Source of the DNA: Candidatus Latescibacterota bacterium
Lineage (GTDB): Bacteria > Latescibacterota > UBA2968 > UBA8231
Assembly: GCA_965203355.1 (NCBI GenBank)
Contig: OZ241889.1
Coordinates: 1,824,001 to 1,888,000 of the forward strand
Reading direction: 5' to 3'
Length of the DNA: 64,000 bases
The translations under genes were made by a program, and so were the position numbers. Below, piece by piece: positions 30,346 to 39,417 of this stretch. A model generated the notes under the pieces. It was not told the DNA's origin. It searched no databases and saw only the letters and a list, made by a program, of their open reading frames with translations. The stretch's first letter is position 1, and every line of letters begins with the position of its first letter.

Positions 30346-31104
30346 ATGCTGAAGTGTTTCACGCCGCTGCTTTTGGTCGGACTGCTTTTGCCGGGCTGCT
30401 CCTATCGCTACTATGCCGAAGACCTCAGACCAATGAGCGAGACCGAACAAGGGGCCAACAAGACGGTGGCCGACGATGGCACTGTGTCCTATACACAAGC
30501 ACGCCTTGAAATCAGCCTGCGACCAATGACCGACGCGGAGTTAAATCGCCAGTTTGACGCGTACTCCAACGAGGGGGCCGACTCGCGCAATCCCTACACT
30601 TTTGGCAACTCGACGTACTTTCGCACTGGGGACATTCCGCAGCGCTTCACTGTTTTTCGCATGTACGTTTCTAACTACGAATACCCCAAGGTCTACCTTG
30701 ATCCTAAAAAGGTCTACATAACCACTTCTAACGGACGAAAGTACTACGCGCTGAGGCGTGAACAACTCTCAATATACTATCGGCGCTACGTCGGAAGCGG
30801 TACTGGCGGCAACGAGCCTGGTATGCCCGGCAATGCCTTGGAGGTCTGGAAAGAGCGCGAGAGTATCTTGCGGCGCACGATGTTTCCCGATGAACAGGTG
30901 TTTAGTGCTCAAGAGAACGAAGGGTATCTCGTCTTCAAGCCGCTGGCACCGGACGTTGAGGAGTTGACCGTTCACATTCCCGATGTGGTTGTGCGCTTCG
31001 ATTACAAGGGGGATCCAATTGAGGAAGTGGATGTCGAGATGCACTTTGAGCGTGAGATTGGCCGCATCTATCCCGATGGACGCAAGGTAGTGACCGGTCA
31101 ATAG
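30346..31104 (+). CDS. Hypothetical lipoprotein (paralog of 47277-48023)
   Basis: RBS AGGAGG, ATG 30346, lipobox LPGC; VADDGT..PMTD.ELNRQF..NPYTFGN..QRFTVFR..NY.YPKV. Confidence 0.75.
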   Translation: MLKCFTPLLLVGLLLPGCSYRYYAEDLRPMSETEQGANKTVADDGTVSYTQARLEISLRPMTDAELNRQFDAYSNEGADSRNPYTFGNSTYFRTGDIPQRFTVFRMYVSNYEYPKVYLDPKKVYITTSNGRKYYALRREQLSIYYRRYVGSGTGGNEPGMPGNALEVWKERESILRRTMFPDEQVFSAQENEGYLVFKPLAPDVEELTVHIPDVVVRFDYKGDPIEEVDVEMHFEREIGRIYPDGRKVVTGQ

Positions 31105-31136
31105 TGCAGCGCAAGGTTCACAAGCCAATTTCAACT

Positions 31137-31177
31137 AACTGCGCGGTGCCGCTGGGCAAGCGGTACCGCGCAGTTTT
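31137..31177 (+). terminator. Intrinsic terminator
   Basis: AACTGCGCGGTGCCGCT-GGGCA-AGCGGTACCGCGCAGTT stem followed by a T-run. Confidence 0.7.
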
Positions 31178-31196
31178 GTACATAGGTGAGAAGGTT

Positions 31197-32861
31197 ATGT
31201 TTCGACGACTTTTTGTCTGTGGCTTGCTCTTAGCGGTTGCAGGTTGCGGGCCGGAAAGCGAACCGGTTACTTCGGAGATCGTCTTAGCCACGGTAGGCGG
31301 GGAAACGATCACGGCTTTGGACCTCCACCGCTACGAGCGAGCACTACCTGACTACCTGCGCTCAAAAAAAGAAGGAGTAGCCGCCCGCGGCGAAAATCTA
31401 CAGACCCTAGTCGACAAGGAGCTCATGCTGCGCGAGGCCTATAAGCGAGGGCTGGACCAGTTGCCCGGGCTTACCCATACGCTGGACGACATGGTCAATA
31501 AGCGCTTGGCCGAGGAACTATCGCACGAGTGGATCGATGCCCGGCTTAAAGTGACCGAGGAGGAACTACGCGCTGCGTACGAGGAACATTTGCTCGGCTG
31601 GGAAATCTGGCCAGCGCACATTCTCTCAGATACTGAAGAAGACGCCCGGGCCATCCTCCGCCAATTAGAAGCTGGGGCCAGTTTTTCCGAATTGGCGCAC
31701 CAGCATTCTCTCGCCGCGGACGCCGACAGAGGTGGCAATCTCGGTGCCTTCTTCGACCAAGCTGGTGCTGTGCCCAGCCTGCGCGATGGCACCTTTCACT
31801 TAGAGGAAGGCCAAGTCAGCGAGCCGATCCGCACGATTGACGGATACGAGGTCATCAAGGTTCTCAAAAAGCGGCGCATCCCCTTTGAGAAGTTGCGTAC
31901 TGACATCGCCGAACAGGTTGGTCAACGCAAGTGGGCGCAGCGGCAACGGGTGGTAATTGACTCGCTCAAAGAAGTGCGTGGCTTGCGCTATCACCGCGAC
32001 CGCATCCACGCTGTGCTTGCTACCTTGCATGGTCGTGCGCTGGACCAACCTCACGCGCTGCTGATTGAATATGAAGGAGGGGGCATTGGTATCGGCACTG
32101 CCGTGCGGGGGCTCCGATCGCTTAAGAAGGGTGCGCTGCCGCCCGACAGTTCGGCCGCGGTTTTGGCTATTGAACGGTGGATTTTACCGGATTCCCTGCT
32201 GGCGCTCGAAGCCCGTATGCAGGGGCGACACCAATGGCCTGCTATAGTTGCTTGGGCCGAGGGCCAGAAGCAGTCATTACTCGTGTCGCAATTGCGGTTA
32301 GACGCGGTAGCGGGGCAGGTCTCAGTGACGGAAGCAGAGGTTCGGGATTACTACGAGCAGAACTTGGAGAACTACCGCTCTCTGCCCGGCGTCATCGAGA
32401 TGACCGAGGTGCTGGTCAATACGCGTACCGAGGCCGAAGAGATTCTCACGTGGGCACGCACAGGGGAACAACTACTAGAGGAATTGGCCATTCGCCACTC
32501 TGTGCGGCCCAGCATGAAGCCGGTGGGCGGCCACACTTTCGCCGACAGCGGTCGGGTTACTATCGAGTCGCTTTATCAGTCGCCGTACCGCACCTTCTTT
32601 GGCGACAGCAATTCCAAAGACGTCGGGGTCCTACAAGGTCCGATGGAAGTCCAAGAGAAATACAGCGTGTTCCGCCTCGATCAGCCCTATGAGATGGCAT
32701 TGCTGCCCTTTAAGCAGGTGCAGCGGCCCATTCGCGTTAATATCCGCAAGCGTCGCGAGGGGGTAATCTTCGACGCATTTCTCGACTCGCTGCGCCAAGC
32801 GTATTCGGGTGAGGTACACATCAGCCAAGACGCCCTCGTCCGCTACACTACTGCCTTCTAA
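31197..32861 (+). CDS. Parvulin-type peptidyl-prolyl isomerase / SurA-PrsA-like foldase lipoprotein
   Basis: ATG 31197, lipobox VAGC; LATVGGETIT, AHIL..FSELA.QHS..RGGNLG..GQVSEPIRT.DGY; second degenerate PpiC domain. Confidence 0.85.
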   Translation: MFRRLFVCGLLLAVAGCGPESEPVTSEIVLATVGGETITALDLHRYERALPDYLRSKKEGVAARGENLQTLVDKELMLREAYKRGLDQLPGLTHTLDDMVNKRLAEELSHEWIDARLKVTEEELRAAYEEHLLGWEIWPAHILSDTEEDARAILRQLEAGASFSELAHQHSLAADADRGGNLGAFFDQAGAVPSLRDGTFHLEEGQVSEPIRTIDGYEVIKVLKKRRIPFEKLRTDIAEQVGQRKWAQRQRVVIDSLKEVRGLRYHRDRIHAVLATLHGRALDQPHALLIEYEGGGIGIGTAVRGLRSLKKGALPPDSSAAVLAIERWILPDSLLALEARMQGRHQWPAIVAWAEGQKQSLLVSQLRLDAVAGQVSVTEAEVRDYYEQNLENYRSLPGVIEMTEVLVNTRTEAEEILTWARTGEQLLEELAIRHSVRPSMKPVGGHTFADSGRVTIESLYQSPYRTFFGDSNSKDVGVLQGPMEVQEKYSVFRLDQPYEMALLPFKQVQRPIRVNIRKRREGVIFDAFLDSLRQAYSGEVHISQDALVRYTTAF

Positions 32862-32863
32862 AA

Positions 32864-34882
32864 ATGCGTGGTCGGCTCGCGGCACTGCTGCTCGGCTTGG
32901 TTTTGGTCGCGCTCATTGAAGGGGGGTTGCGGCTGATTCCGGTGCTGGACCCGCCGCCATTTGCCATCCAACTAGCGGATGTCGAAGGCCGGGCACTCCA
33001 TGCGGTCAACCCGGACTATGCCCGCCGCTTCTTCGCCGACATGGCCGAGCCTATCCGGCGCGGCATCCGCATGACCCCACGCCCCTATCTCGAACCCGCG
33101 CCCGAAGGTGCATTGCGCGTACTTTTTGCCGGGGGGTCGACCGTACAGGGCTACCCCCATCCCAAGCGTTTGTCGGCCCCGTCTTATCTCCAAGCAATGC
33201 TCGGCGACCTCTTTCCAGAACGCCAGATCGAAGTCTTTAACGCTGGGATCACCGCTGCTTCAAGTTTTGCCGTGGCCCGCGCCGTAGAAGATGGTATCGC
33301 CGCACTCGGGGCGGACTTGGTCGTAGTTTATACAGGACACAATGAGTTATACGGGGTTTATGGAGCGGCCTCATTGGCCCAAGGAGGTCAAGCAGTGTGG
33401 ATGAAGCGGGTCCATTACGCGCTAGTGCAGTGGCGGTTGAGGTCCTTGGTCGGCAAGCTGATAGGGCCGTTGGGGAAAGAGTGGGCAGATGGGCCATTAA
33501 TCGAGGTGATGTCTAAGGCTGGCACGATCCCAGCGTCCGACCCGCGACGGGCGCAGGCAGCGGCCAATTTGGAGACCAATCTCCGCGACGTGACGGCCTT
33601 TTGCCGAGCGCAGCGCATTCCCTTGGTTCTTTGTACGGTGACTAGTAATGAACGCGGTTTCGCGCCAGCGCGCGTTGAGCCGCCTTTGCTGGATGGGGAA
33701 CGTACGCGCTATGTGGATTTTTTGGCGCAGGGCCATAGGGATCAAGCCTCGCCGGCAGCACTAATGGCCTTGGCGCAGGCCGAAGCACTCTATGCGGACG
33801 ATGCCTATTTGCACTTCTTACGCGGTTATCACTTAGAGCAGTTAGGTCGTGGAACTGAGGCGCGAGCGGCTTATGTGCAGGCGCGCGAGTTAGATCCCCG
33901 ACCTTGGCGGGCGACGGTATCTCTAAACGAGGTCGTGCGCCGAGTTGCGGCGGAAGAAGGAGTGTTGTTAGCCGATGTGGAGGCGCACTTCCGCGCCCAC
34001 AGTCCGGCGACCGGCGTGGGTTGGGAACTTATGGTCGATCACTTGCATCCGGCGGCGGCTGGCCAAGTGTTTTTGGCCCGAGCTATTGTTGCGGCACTGG
34101 AAGGAGCACCAGTCCCTTGGCAGGTCGCGTCCGGTGCTGCGGATCAGTTGGCGACAGCCGACGAATATCGCCGTAGGCTCGGCGACTTGCCCGTCGAGCG
34201 GTTAGCCGCGTTGCGCGCCATAGCCGTGCTCTTGGCCGCGCCTCCCTTGGATGCGGGAAACGAGAGGCGAGTACAGACCTTGCGGCAGCAGGCGGCGGCC
34301 CTGTGGGACGAACTGAGTGCTGGAGAGCAGCGTGGCGTCGAGCGCTGGCGAACGGGAACAGGGCCGGATCTATTGGTGCTGAACGTGGCTGACGCTTGTT
34401 ACGCCGCTCGGGAATACGAGTACGCACGGGCTTATTATAGCGCGGCCCGTTTGGAGGAGCCTTATACGATATGGGGCGATTTGTGGAGCACACTGCGCTA
34501 TGTTCGTTGCGGACAACTCGTGGGGGATGCTATTGGGGCGACCGAGCGCGTCGAGCTTTCTGCCTTGCTATATCGCTTGCGCTTCTTGAGCGAAGCCCCG
34601 GACTTTTCCTCGGGGTTACAGGACTTTATTCGCGGCTATGCCCACCATTTGCTCGGAGAGCATGACAAGGCGTTGACAGCACTAGAGCAGGCTGCGCAAG
34701 ACGCGCATATCCGCAAGACGTTTACAACGGACTTGCTAGCGTTGCTCGTCGCCGAGTTGATGACGGCGGGACGCTTGGCTGATGCCGAGCGGTACGCCGT
34801 GCAGATAGCTGCTGAGCAACAGCAAGAGGCGTTAGGTCGCGCCCTCGTCGAACAGATTAGGGTGAGCCAGAAGCCACGCTGA
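32864..34882 (+). CDS. SGNH/GDSL-type hydrolase with TPR repeats
   Basis: GGSTVQG, VFNAG, YTGHNELYG, DHLHP; TPR-like helices. Confidence 0.8.
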   Translation: MRGRLAALLLGLVLVALIEGGLRLIPVLDPPPFAIQLADVEGRALHAVNPDYARRFFADMAEPIRRGIRMTPRPYLEPAPEGALRVLFAGGSTVQGYPHPKRLSAPSYLQAMLGDLFPERQIEVFNAGITAASSFAVARAVEDGIAALGADLVVVYTGHNELYGVYGAASLAQGGQAVWMKRVHYALVQWRLRSLVGKLIGPLGKEWADGPLIEVMSKAGTIPASDPRRAQAAANLETNLRDVTAFCRAQRIPLVLCTVTSNERGFAPARVEPPLLDGERTRYVDFLAQGHRDQASPAALMALAQAEALYADDAYLHFLRGYHLEQLGRGTEARAAYVQARELDPRPWRATVSLNEVVRRVAAEEGVLLADVEAHFRAHSPATGVGWELMVDHLHPAAAGQVFLARAIVAALEGAPVPWQVASGAADQLATADEYRRRLGDLPVERLAALRAIAVLLAAPPLDAGNERRVQTLRQQAAALWDELSAGEQRGVERWRTGTGPDLLVLNVADACYAAREYEYARAYYSAARLEEPYTIWGDLWSTLRYVRCGQLVGDAIGATERVELSALLYRLRFLSEAPDFSSGLQDFIRGYAHHLLGEHDKALTALEQAAQDAHIRKTFTTDLLALLVAELMTAGRLADAERYAVQIAAEQQQEALGRALVEQIRVSQKPR

Positions 34883-36578
34883 CACCCTCGCCTTCGACGA
34901 GCGCGATGGCTTGGTTGGCGGCAAAGGGGCCGAATCGCTCCACGCGACCCGAAGGCCAGCGTATTTCTAATGCGTCAAGTTGCGGCCGTTTGCCTAGTCC
35001 CAAACAGATGCGAAGTTGGCTCTGCGATAGGTACGAGCGGCTGCCGCGCAGTTCTCTAGTCTGGCTCAAGTCTCCGCTGGTGGCCGTCAGCCGAGCACCG
35101 ATGCCATGCGGGTTGCCGCTGGCTCCCGATAGCCGAATGGTGATCCAGTGGTTGGTGCTGCCGTGGTCGTTGCGCAGCAAGCTGATCGGTTGTCCCGAAT
35201 TAAAAACTAGTAGATCGGGATCGCCGTCGCTGTCGTAGTCGCCGGTGGCACTGCCGCGGCTGACGCGCTCTAAGGCGAAGCCGGGGCCGGCTGTGGCGGA
35301 AATCTCGGCGAAGCGGGCGCCGTCGTTGCGGAAGAGCAAGTTGCGCTGTCCATAGCTGGTGGATTGGTCCATGCTGCGGACGTTGTCGAGGACGTGGCCA
35401 TTGACGGCAAACAGATCGAGATCGCCATCGAGGTCGGGATCGAAAAACTGGGTGCCAAATCCGAGCAAGGGCAGCGACGGCAAGCCCACCCCGGCGGCAA
35501 AGGTCGCCACCGAGAAGAAGCCACCTTCTCCCCGATAGAGCGCATTAGGCTCGGCTTGGAAGTTGGTGACCGTCAGATCGAGTACGCCGTCGCCGTTGTA
35601 GTCGCCCCAATCCACTCCCATACCTGCTTCCATCTGCCCGTCTTGGCCATAAGCCACTCCCATCAGTCCCGCTCGTTCGGCAAAGGTCCCGTCGTGGCTG
35701 TTGTGGTAGAGGAAATTGCGCACGGCGTCGTTGGCCACATAGATGTCGGGCCAACCGTCGCTGTCGTAGTCGCCAAAAACTACCCCTAGCCCCTTGCCGC
35801 TCGCGTCGGCGATACCGGCCGCTGCCGAGACATCAACGAAGTGCCCTGCGCCGTCGTTGCGGTAGAGCAGATCGGCTTGGCCTTGGAAGTTGTCGGGATG
35901 CGGATAGCCTACAGTTGCTTGGCCGCTATAGCTTTCGTAGCCGGCCATATAGGGCACTTGGTCGGCGCGTACCGCGGCCGGATCGTAGGCCACGTAGTTG
36001 GCGACATAGAGGTCGAGGTCGCCATCGCGGTCGTAATCGGCAAAAGCGCAACTGGTGCCCCAGCGCACATCGGCAACACCGGCCGGCCGGCCAATTTCGG
36101 CAAAGTGCCTGTCGTCGTTGCGAAAGAGTGCGTTGGGGCCAAAATTGGTCAGATAGAGGTCGAGGTCGCCATCGCTGTCATAGTCAGCTGTGGCAACCCC
36201 CATGCCGACGCCTAGATGGGCGACGCCGGCCGCGGCCGCGACAAAGTGCTGGCCCTCGTTGCGAAAGAGCTGGTTGACTGGGGCTGTATCCTGAGAATCG
36301 GCGGCGATAAAAGCACCATTTACAGCGTAAACATCCAGATCGCCATCGCCATCGTAGTCGAAGAATGCCCCCCCCCCGCCCATGGTTTCGGGGAAGTGGC
36401 GCTGGGGACTGCGGCCGTTTTCGTGCTGCCAGGTCAGACCGACGGCAGACGCTACTTCGACGAAGTGGAGAGACGAGGCTGTAGGCGCGGCGTACTGCAA
36501 CGGTGCCGGTGGTGTGGTCTCTTCGGTGGCACTACAGGCCAGGCAGAGCGAGCAGATGAGAAAAACTAGTATGGGCAT
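34857..36578 (-). CDS. CRTAC1-family FG-GAP/ASPIC-UnbV protein (lipoprotein)
   Basis: Start re-placed at MPILV (36578); ETMGGG, repeated DYD.DGDLDL, GIGAR..SYLSQ..GLG..IRWPSG. Confidence 0.9.
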   Translation of the reverse strand: MPILVFLICSLCLACSATEETTPPAPLQYAAPTASSLHFVEVASAVGLTWQHENGRSPQRHFPETMGGGGAFFDYDGDGDLDVYAVNGAFIAADSQDTAPVNQLFRNEGQHFVAAAAGVAHLGVGMGVATADYDSDGDLDLYLTNFGPNALFRNDDRHFAEIGRPAGVADVRWGTSCAFADYDRDGDLDLYVANYVAYDPAAVRADQVPYMAGYESYSGQATVGYPHPDNFQGQADLLYRNDGAGHFVDVSAAAGIADASGKGLGVVFGDYDSDGWPDIYVANDAVRNFLYHNSHDGTFAERAGLMGVAYGQDGQMEAGMGVDWGDYNGDGVLDLTVTNFQAEPNALYRGEGGFFSVATFAAGVGLPSLPLLGFGTQFFDPDLDGDLDLFAVNGHVLDNVRSMDQSTSYGQRNLLFRNDGARFAEISATAGPGFALERVSRGSATGDYDSDGDPDLLVFNSGQPISLLRNDHGSTNHWITIRLSGASGNPHGIGARLTATSGDLSQTRELRGSRSYLSQSQLRICLGLGKRPQLDALEIRWPSGRVERFGPFAANQAIALVEGEGVSVASGSP

Positions 36579-36579
36579 A

Positions 36580-38082
36580 TCAGGGGCTGGGCAGTTGGGC
36601 GAGCCGCTCGCGGGCTTGGCGCAAGAAGTCTGGGTCACCTTGCCACTTATTGATAAAGGCTTGGTAACAACGATGCGCTTCTGCGATCGCGCCTTGGGCT
36701 TGGTACACGGTTGCCAGCGCGTAGTAAGTCCGCGCAAAGGTCGAATCGGCGACAATGGCCGCCCGATAGGCGCGTCGCGCCCGGTCTAGTTGTCCCTTTT
36801 GCAAGAAGAGACTGCCGAGATTGTAGTGAGCATCGGCCAGCGTTGAGTCGGCGGCAATGGCCGATTCCAGCGCCCGTTGCGCCGCCGCTTCCTCGCCTAA
36901 ACTTAGCTGGACATGGCCGAGGTTGTTCCAAGCTGTGGCCGAGGAAGAGTCCAACGCTAGGGCGTGCTCGAAGGCTGTGCGGGCCTCTTGATACTGGTTG
37001 CGCTGCATATAGACATAGCCACGGGCGAAGTGGAGCTTGCTGGTGCGGACATCCTCTGGGTGCTGGGAGATGCCTCGGCGGCATAGTTCAAGCACTTCTT
37101 GGTCTGCTCCTCGAGCCGACAAAAGCCCGCTTAGCGAAATGAGTGCCTCTAAGTCGTTCGGGTCGGCCAATAGTACAGCCCGACAGTGGGCCAGGGCGTC
37201 GTCGTCCCGACCGAGTCGCCGATAGTGATGGGCTAGCTGCAAACGAGTCTCGCGATCGTCGGGGTTGGCGTCGAGCTGACGGCGCAAATGTGCGACTTGG
37301 GCTGCATCAGCGGCGAGCGTCTCAAAGCGCACCAGTGCTGCCTGCGCTTGGGTTGGCTGCTCCAGTGCCAAAAGTGCTGAAGAAAGGTTGTAGTGTGCCT
37401 CGATCAGGTGCGGGTCGAGCCCGAGCGCATGACGAAAGGCCGCCAAGGCCGCCGGGTAACGCCGCTCGGCTAGGTGTAGCAAGCCCAACAGACGGTGGCT
37501 TTCGGCGTGGGTCGCGTCTTGGGTGAGGGCTAGGTCGAGCGCGGCTCGGGCCTCGTCATAACGGCCTTGACGTAGGTAGAGCCGACCGAGTTGTTGCCGC
37601 ACGTCAAGATCTTCCCCGCCCACTGCTAGGGCCGTGTGCAGTCTTTTTTCGGCTAGGTCATAGTGCCCCTGTTTGGCGTAGAAGAGAGGTAGGGTGCGGA
37701 GGGCCGGGACGTAGGTCGGAATGTGTTCGAGTAACTCGATAGCCAGCGGCAGATGCCCCCGGTCGGCCTCAATTACCGCTAGGTTGTGCCGGGCGCGATG
37801 ATAGGTGGAGTCGGCTACGAGTGCCGCTTGGTAGGCCCGGATGGCCCGCTCTACGTGTCCGAGCCGGGCGTCGAGATCGCCCAACGCACAGTGCGCTGCG
37901 GCATTGAGTGAATCTAGGGTTAGTGCTTTTTCAAAGACGCGCCTCGCCTCGGCGTAGCGGTGTTCTTCGGCAAAGGCGAGTCCGGCCTGCACCCAGTGCT
38001 CGCCTTCTTCTGGCGGGCCAGAATTTACTTCGCAACCACTCAAAATCGCCCATAGTGCGGCGAGCGGGACTACCAGGCTCAT
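36580..38082 (-). CDS. Tetratricopeptide repeat lipoprotein
   Basis: Lipobox LSGC; repeated AHYNLG/AWNNLG TPR motifs. Confidence 0.88.
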   Translation of the reverse strand: MSLVVPLAALWAILSGCEVNSGPPEEGEHWVQAGLAFAEEHRYAEARRVFEKALTLDSLNAAAHCALGDLDARLGHVERAIRAYQAALVADSTYHRARHNLAVIEADRGHLPLAIELLEHIPTYVPALRTLPLFYAKQGHYDLAEKRLHTALAVGGEDLDVRQQLGRLYLRQGRYDEARAALDLALTQDATHAESHRLLGLLHLAERRYPAALAAFRHALGLDPHLIEAHYNLSSALLALEQPTQAQAALVRFETLAADAAQVAHLRRQLDANPDDRETRLQLAHHYRRLGRDDDALAHCRAVLLADPNDLEALISLSGLLSARGADQEVLELCRRGISQHPEDVRTSKLHFARGYVYMQRNQYQEARTAFEHALALDSSSATAWNNLGHVQLSLGEEAAAQRALESAIAADSTLADAHYNLGSLFLQKGQLDRARRAYRAAIVADSTFARTYYALATVYQAQGAIAEAHRCYQAFINKWQGDPDFLRQARERLAQLPSP

Positions 38083-39413
38083 CGCGGTGTGTGCCCTTGC
38101 GCGGATAGCTGCTGTCGGGCCTCGTCGATTTTGGTCTGTAAGGTTTCACTGGCCGCCCCACCAGACGGAACGTTCTCCCAGAGCGCAATGGCCCGGGCAA
38201 ATTCGCCGCGGCGGGCGTGAACATCGCCGAGCAGTATGTGAGCACTATAGAGCTTTGCATTTAGTTCGATGGCCTGTTCGATAGCGGCCTGCGCTTGGTC
38301 GAGTTGATCCATTTCGAGGTAGGCGTTGCCGATATTGGAGTAGTAAAAACCCGTGGAGGGAGCAAGTCGCACGGCCCGCTCGTATTGTTTGAGAGCCTTT
38401 TCTAGTTCCCCCCGCTTGTGAAAGATCAAGCCCAGATTGTTGTGGCTTTCAGCCAAGGTCGAGTCGTGGCTCAGGGCTTCGAGGTAGTAGCGCGCGGCCA
38501 AATCGTCTTTGCCCCGACGCTGGAGCAGGGTTCCCAATCCTTGGTATCCGAGGCCATAGGTCGAGTCGATGAGGATGGAATGCCGGTAGTGTTCGATGGC
38601 CAGTTTGAGACGCCCAAAGCGGCTGTAGAGGGCGGCGAGGTTGGAGTGGGCTTGAGGTCGGTCGGGGTACTGGCGGACTGCGTCTTGGTGGGTTTTGAGT
38701 TGGGCGTTTTGTTCGTCCAAGACGCACGCGCGCTCAAGGGCACGCTGTCCCTCTGCGGCACGACCCATGCGCAACAGAGCTTGCCCGATTCCGAGAAACG
38801 CGGCCGGCTCGTGCGGGCTGAGGTGCGCGACTTGGCGCAGTTGACGCTCGGCCTCTTGGTGGTTGCCTAACTTCAGCTCCACTAGGCCTAGTTGCAGCCG
38901 AGCTTGGAGGTGTGTGGAGTCGTCTGCGGCGATGGCGGCGAAAATTTCGCGGGCCTCTTGTAGCTGGCCTTCGCGCTGGTGAATCGCGCCTAGCACGTAA
39001 CGCGCTTCAACAGCGTTGGGGGCGAGTTCCAATGCCTCGGTGAGAAGCTGGCGAGCTTCCTCTACTTTGCCGTGTACATCATAGAACATTTTGCCCAAGG
39101 CGATGCGCGGGCCGGCGTAGTCGGGTTTTAGTTCAAGTGCTTGCTCAAACTGAGTCTGCGCCTCGGCAAAACGACTCTGGGCGTGCAATACAACGCCGAG
39201 ATAGTAGTGGTATTGGGGGTTGTCCGGGGTTTGTTGCTGCGCTTGGCGGTAGGCTTGCTCTGCTTGGTCGAAGAGGCCGCGGGCTTGGTGGGCGCGTCCA
39301 GCGGCAAAGGTCTGAGCCGCTGAGTCAGTGGGTGGATCGGGCGCTTGAGGTGGATCGGTTGTTTCGCGGGCACAGGCGGTACACAAGACTAAAAAAAGCA
39401 GGACAAAACGCAT
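38079..39413 (-). CDS. Tetratricopeptide repeat lipoprotein
   Basis: MRFVLLFLVLCTAC lipobox; YHYYLG, SHNNLG, YYSNIG TPR motifs. Confidence 0.88.
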   Translation of the reverse strand: MRFVLLFLVLCTACARETTDPPQAPDPPTDSAAQTFAAGRAHQARGLFDQAEQAYRQAQQQTPDNPQYHYYLGVVLHAQSRFAEAQTQFEQALELKPDYAGPRIALGKMFYDVHGKVEEARQLLTEALELAPNAVEARYVLGAIHQREGQLQEAREIFAAIAADDSTHLQARLQLGLVELKLGNHQEAERQLRQVAHLSPHEPAAFLGIGQALLRMGRAAEGQRALERACVLDEQNAQLKTHQDAVRQYPDRPQAHSNLAALYSRFGRLKLAIEHYRHSILIDSTYGLGYQGLGTLLQRRGKDDLAARYYLEALSHDSTLAESHNNLGLIFHKRGELEKALKQYERAVRLAPSTGFYYSNIGNAYLEMDQLDQAQAAIEQAIELNAKLYSAHILLGDVHARRGEFARAIALWENVPSGGAASETLQTKIDEARQQLSAQGHTPR

Positions 39414-39417
39414 GGTT

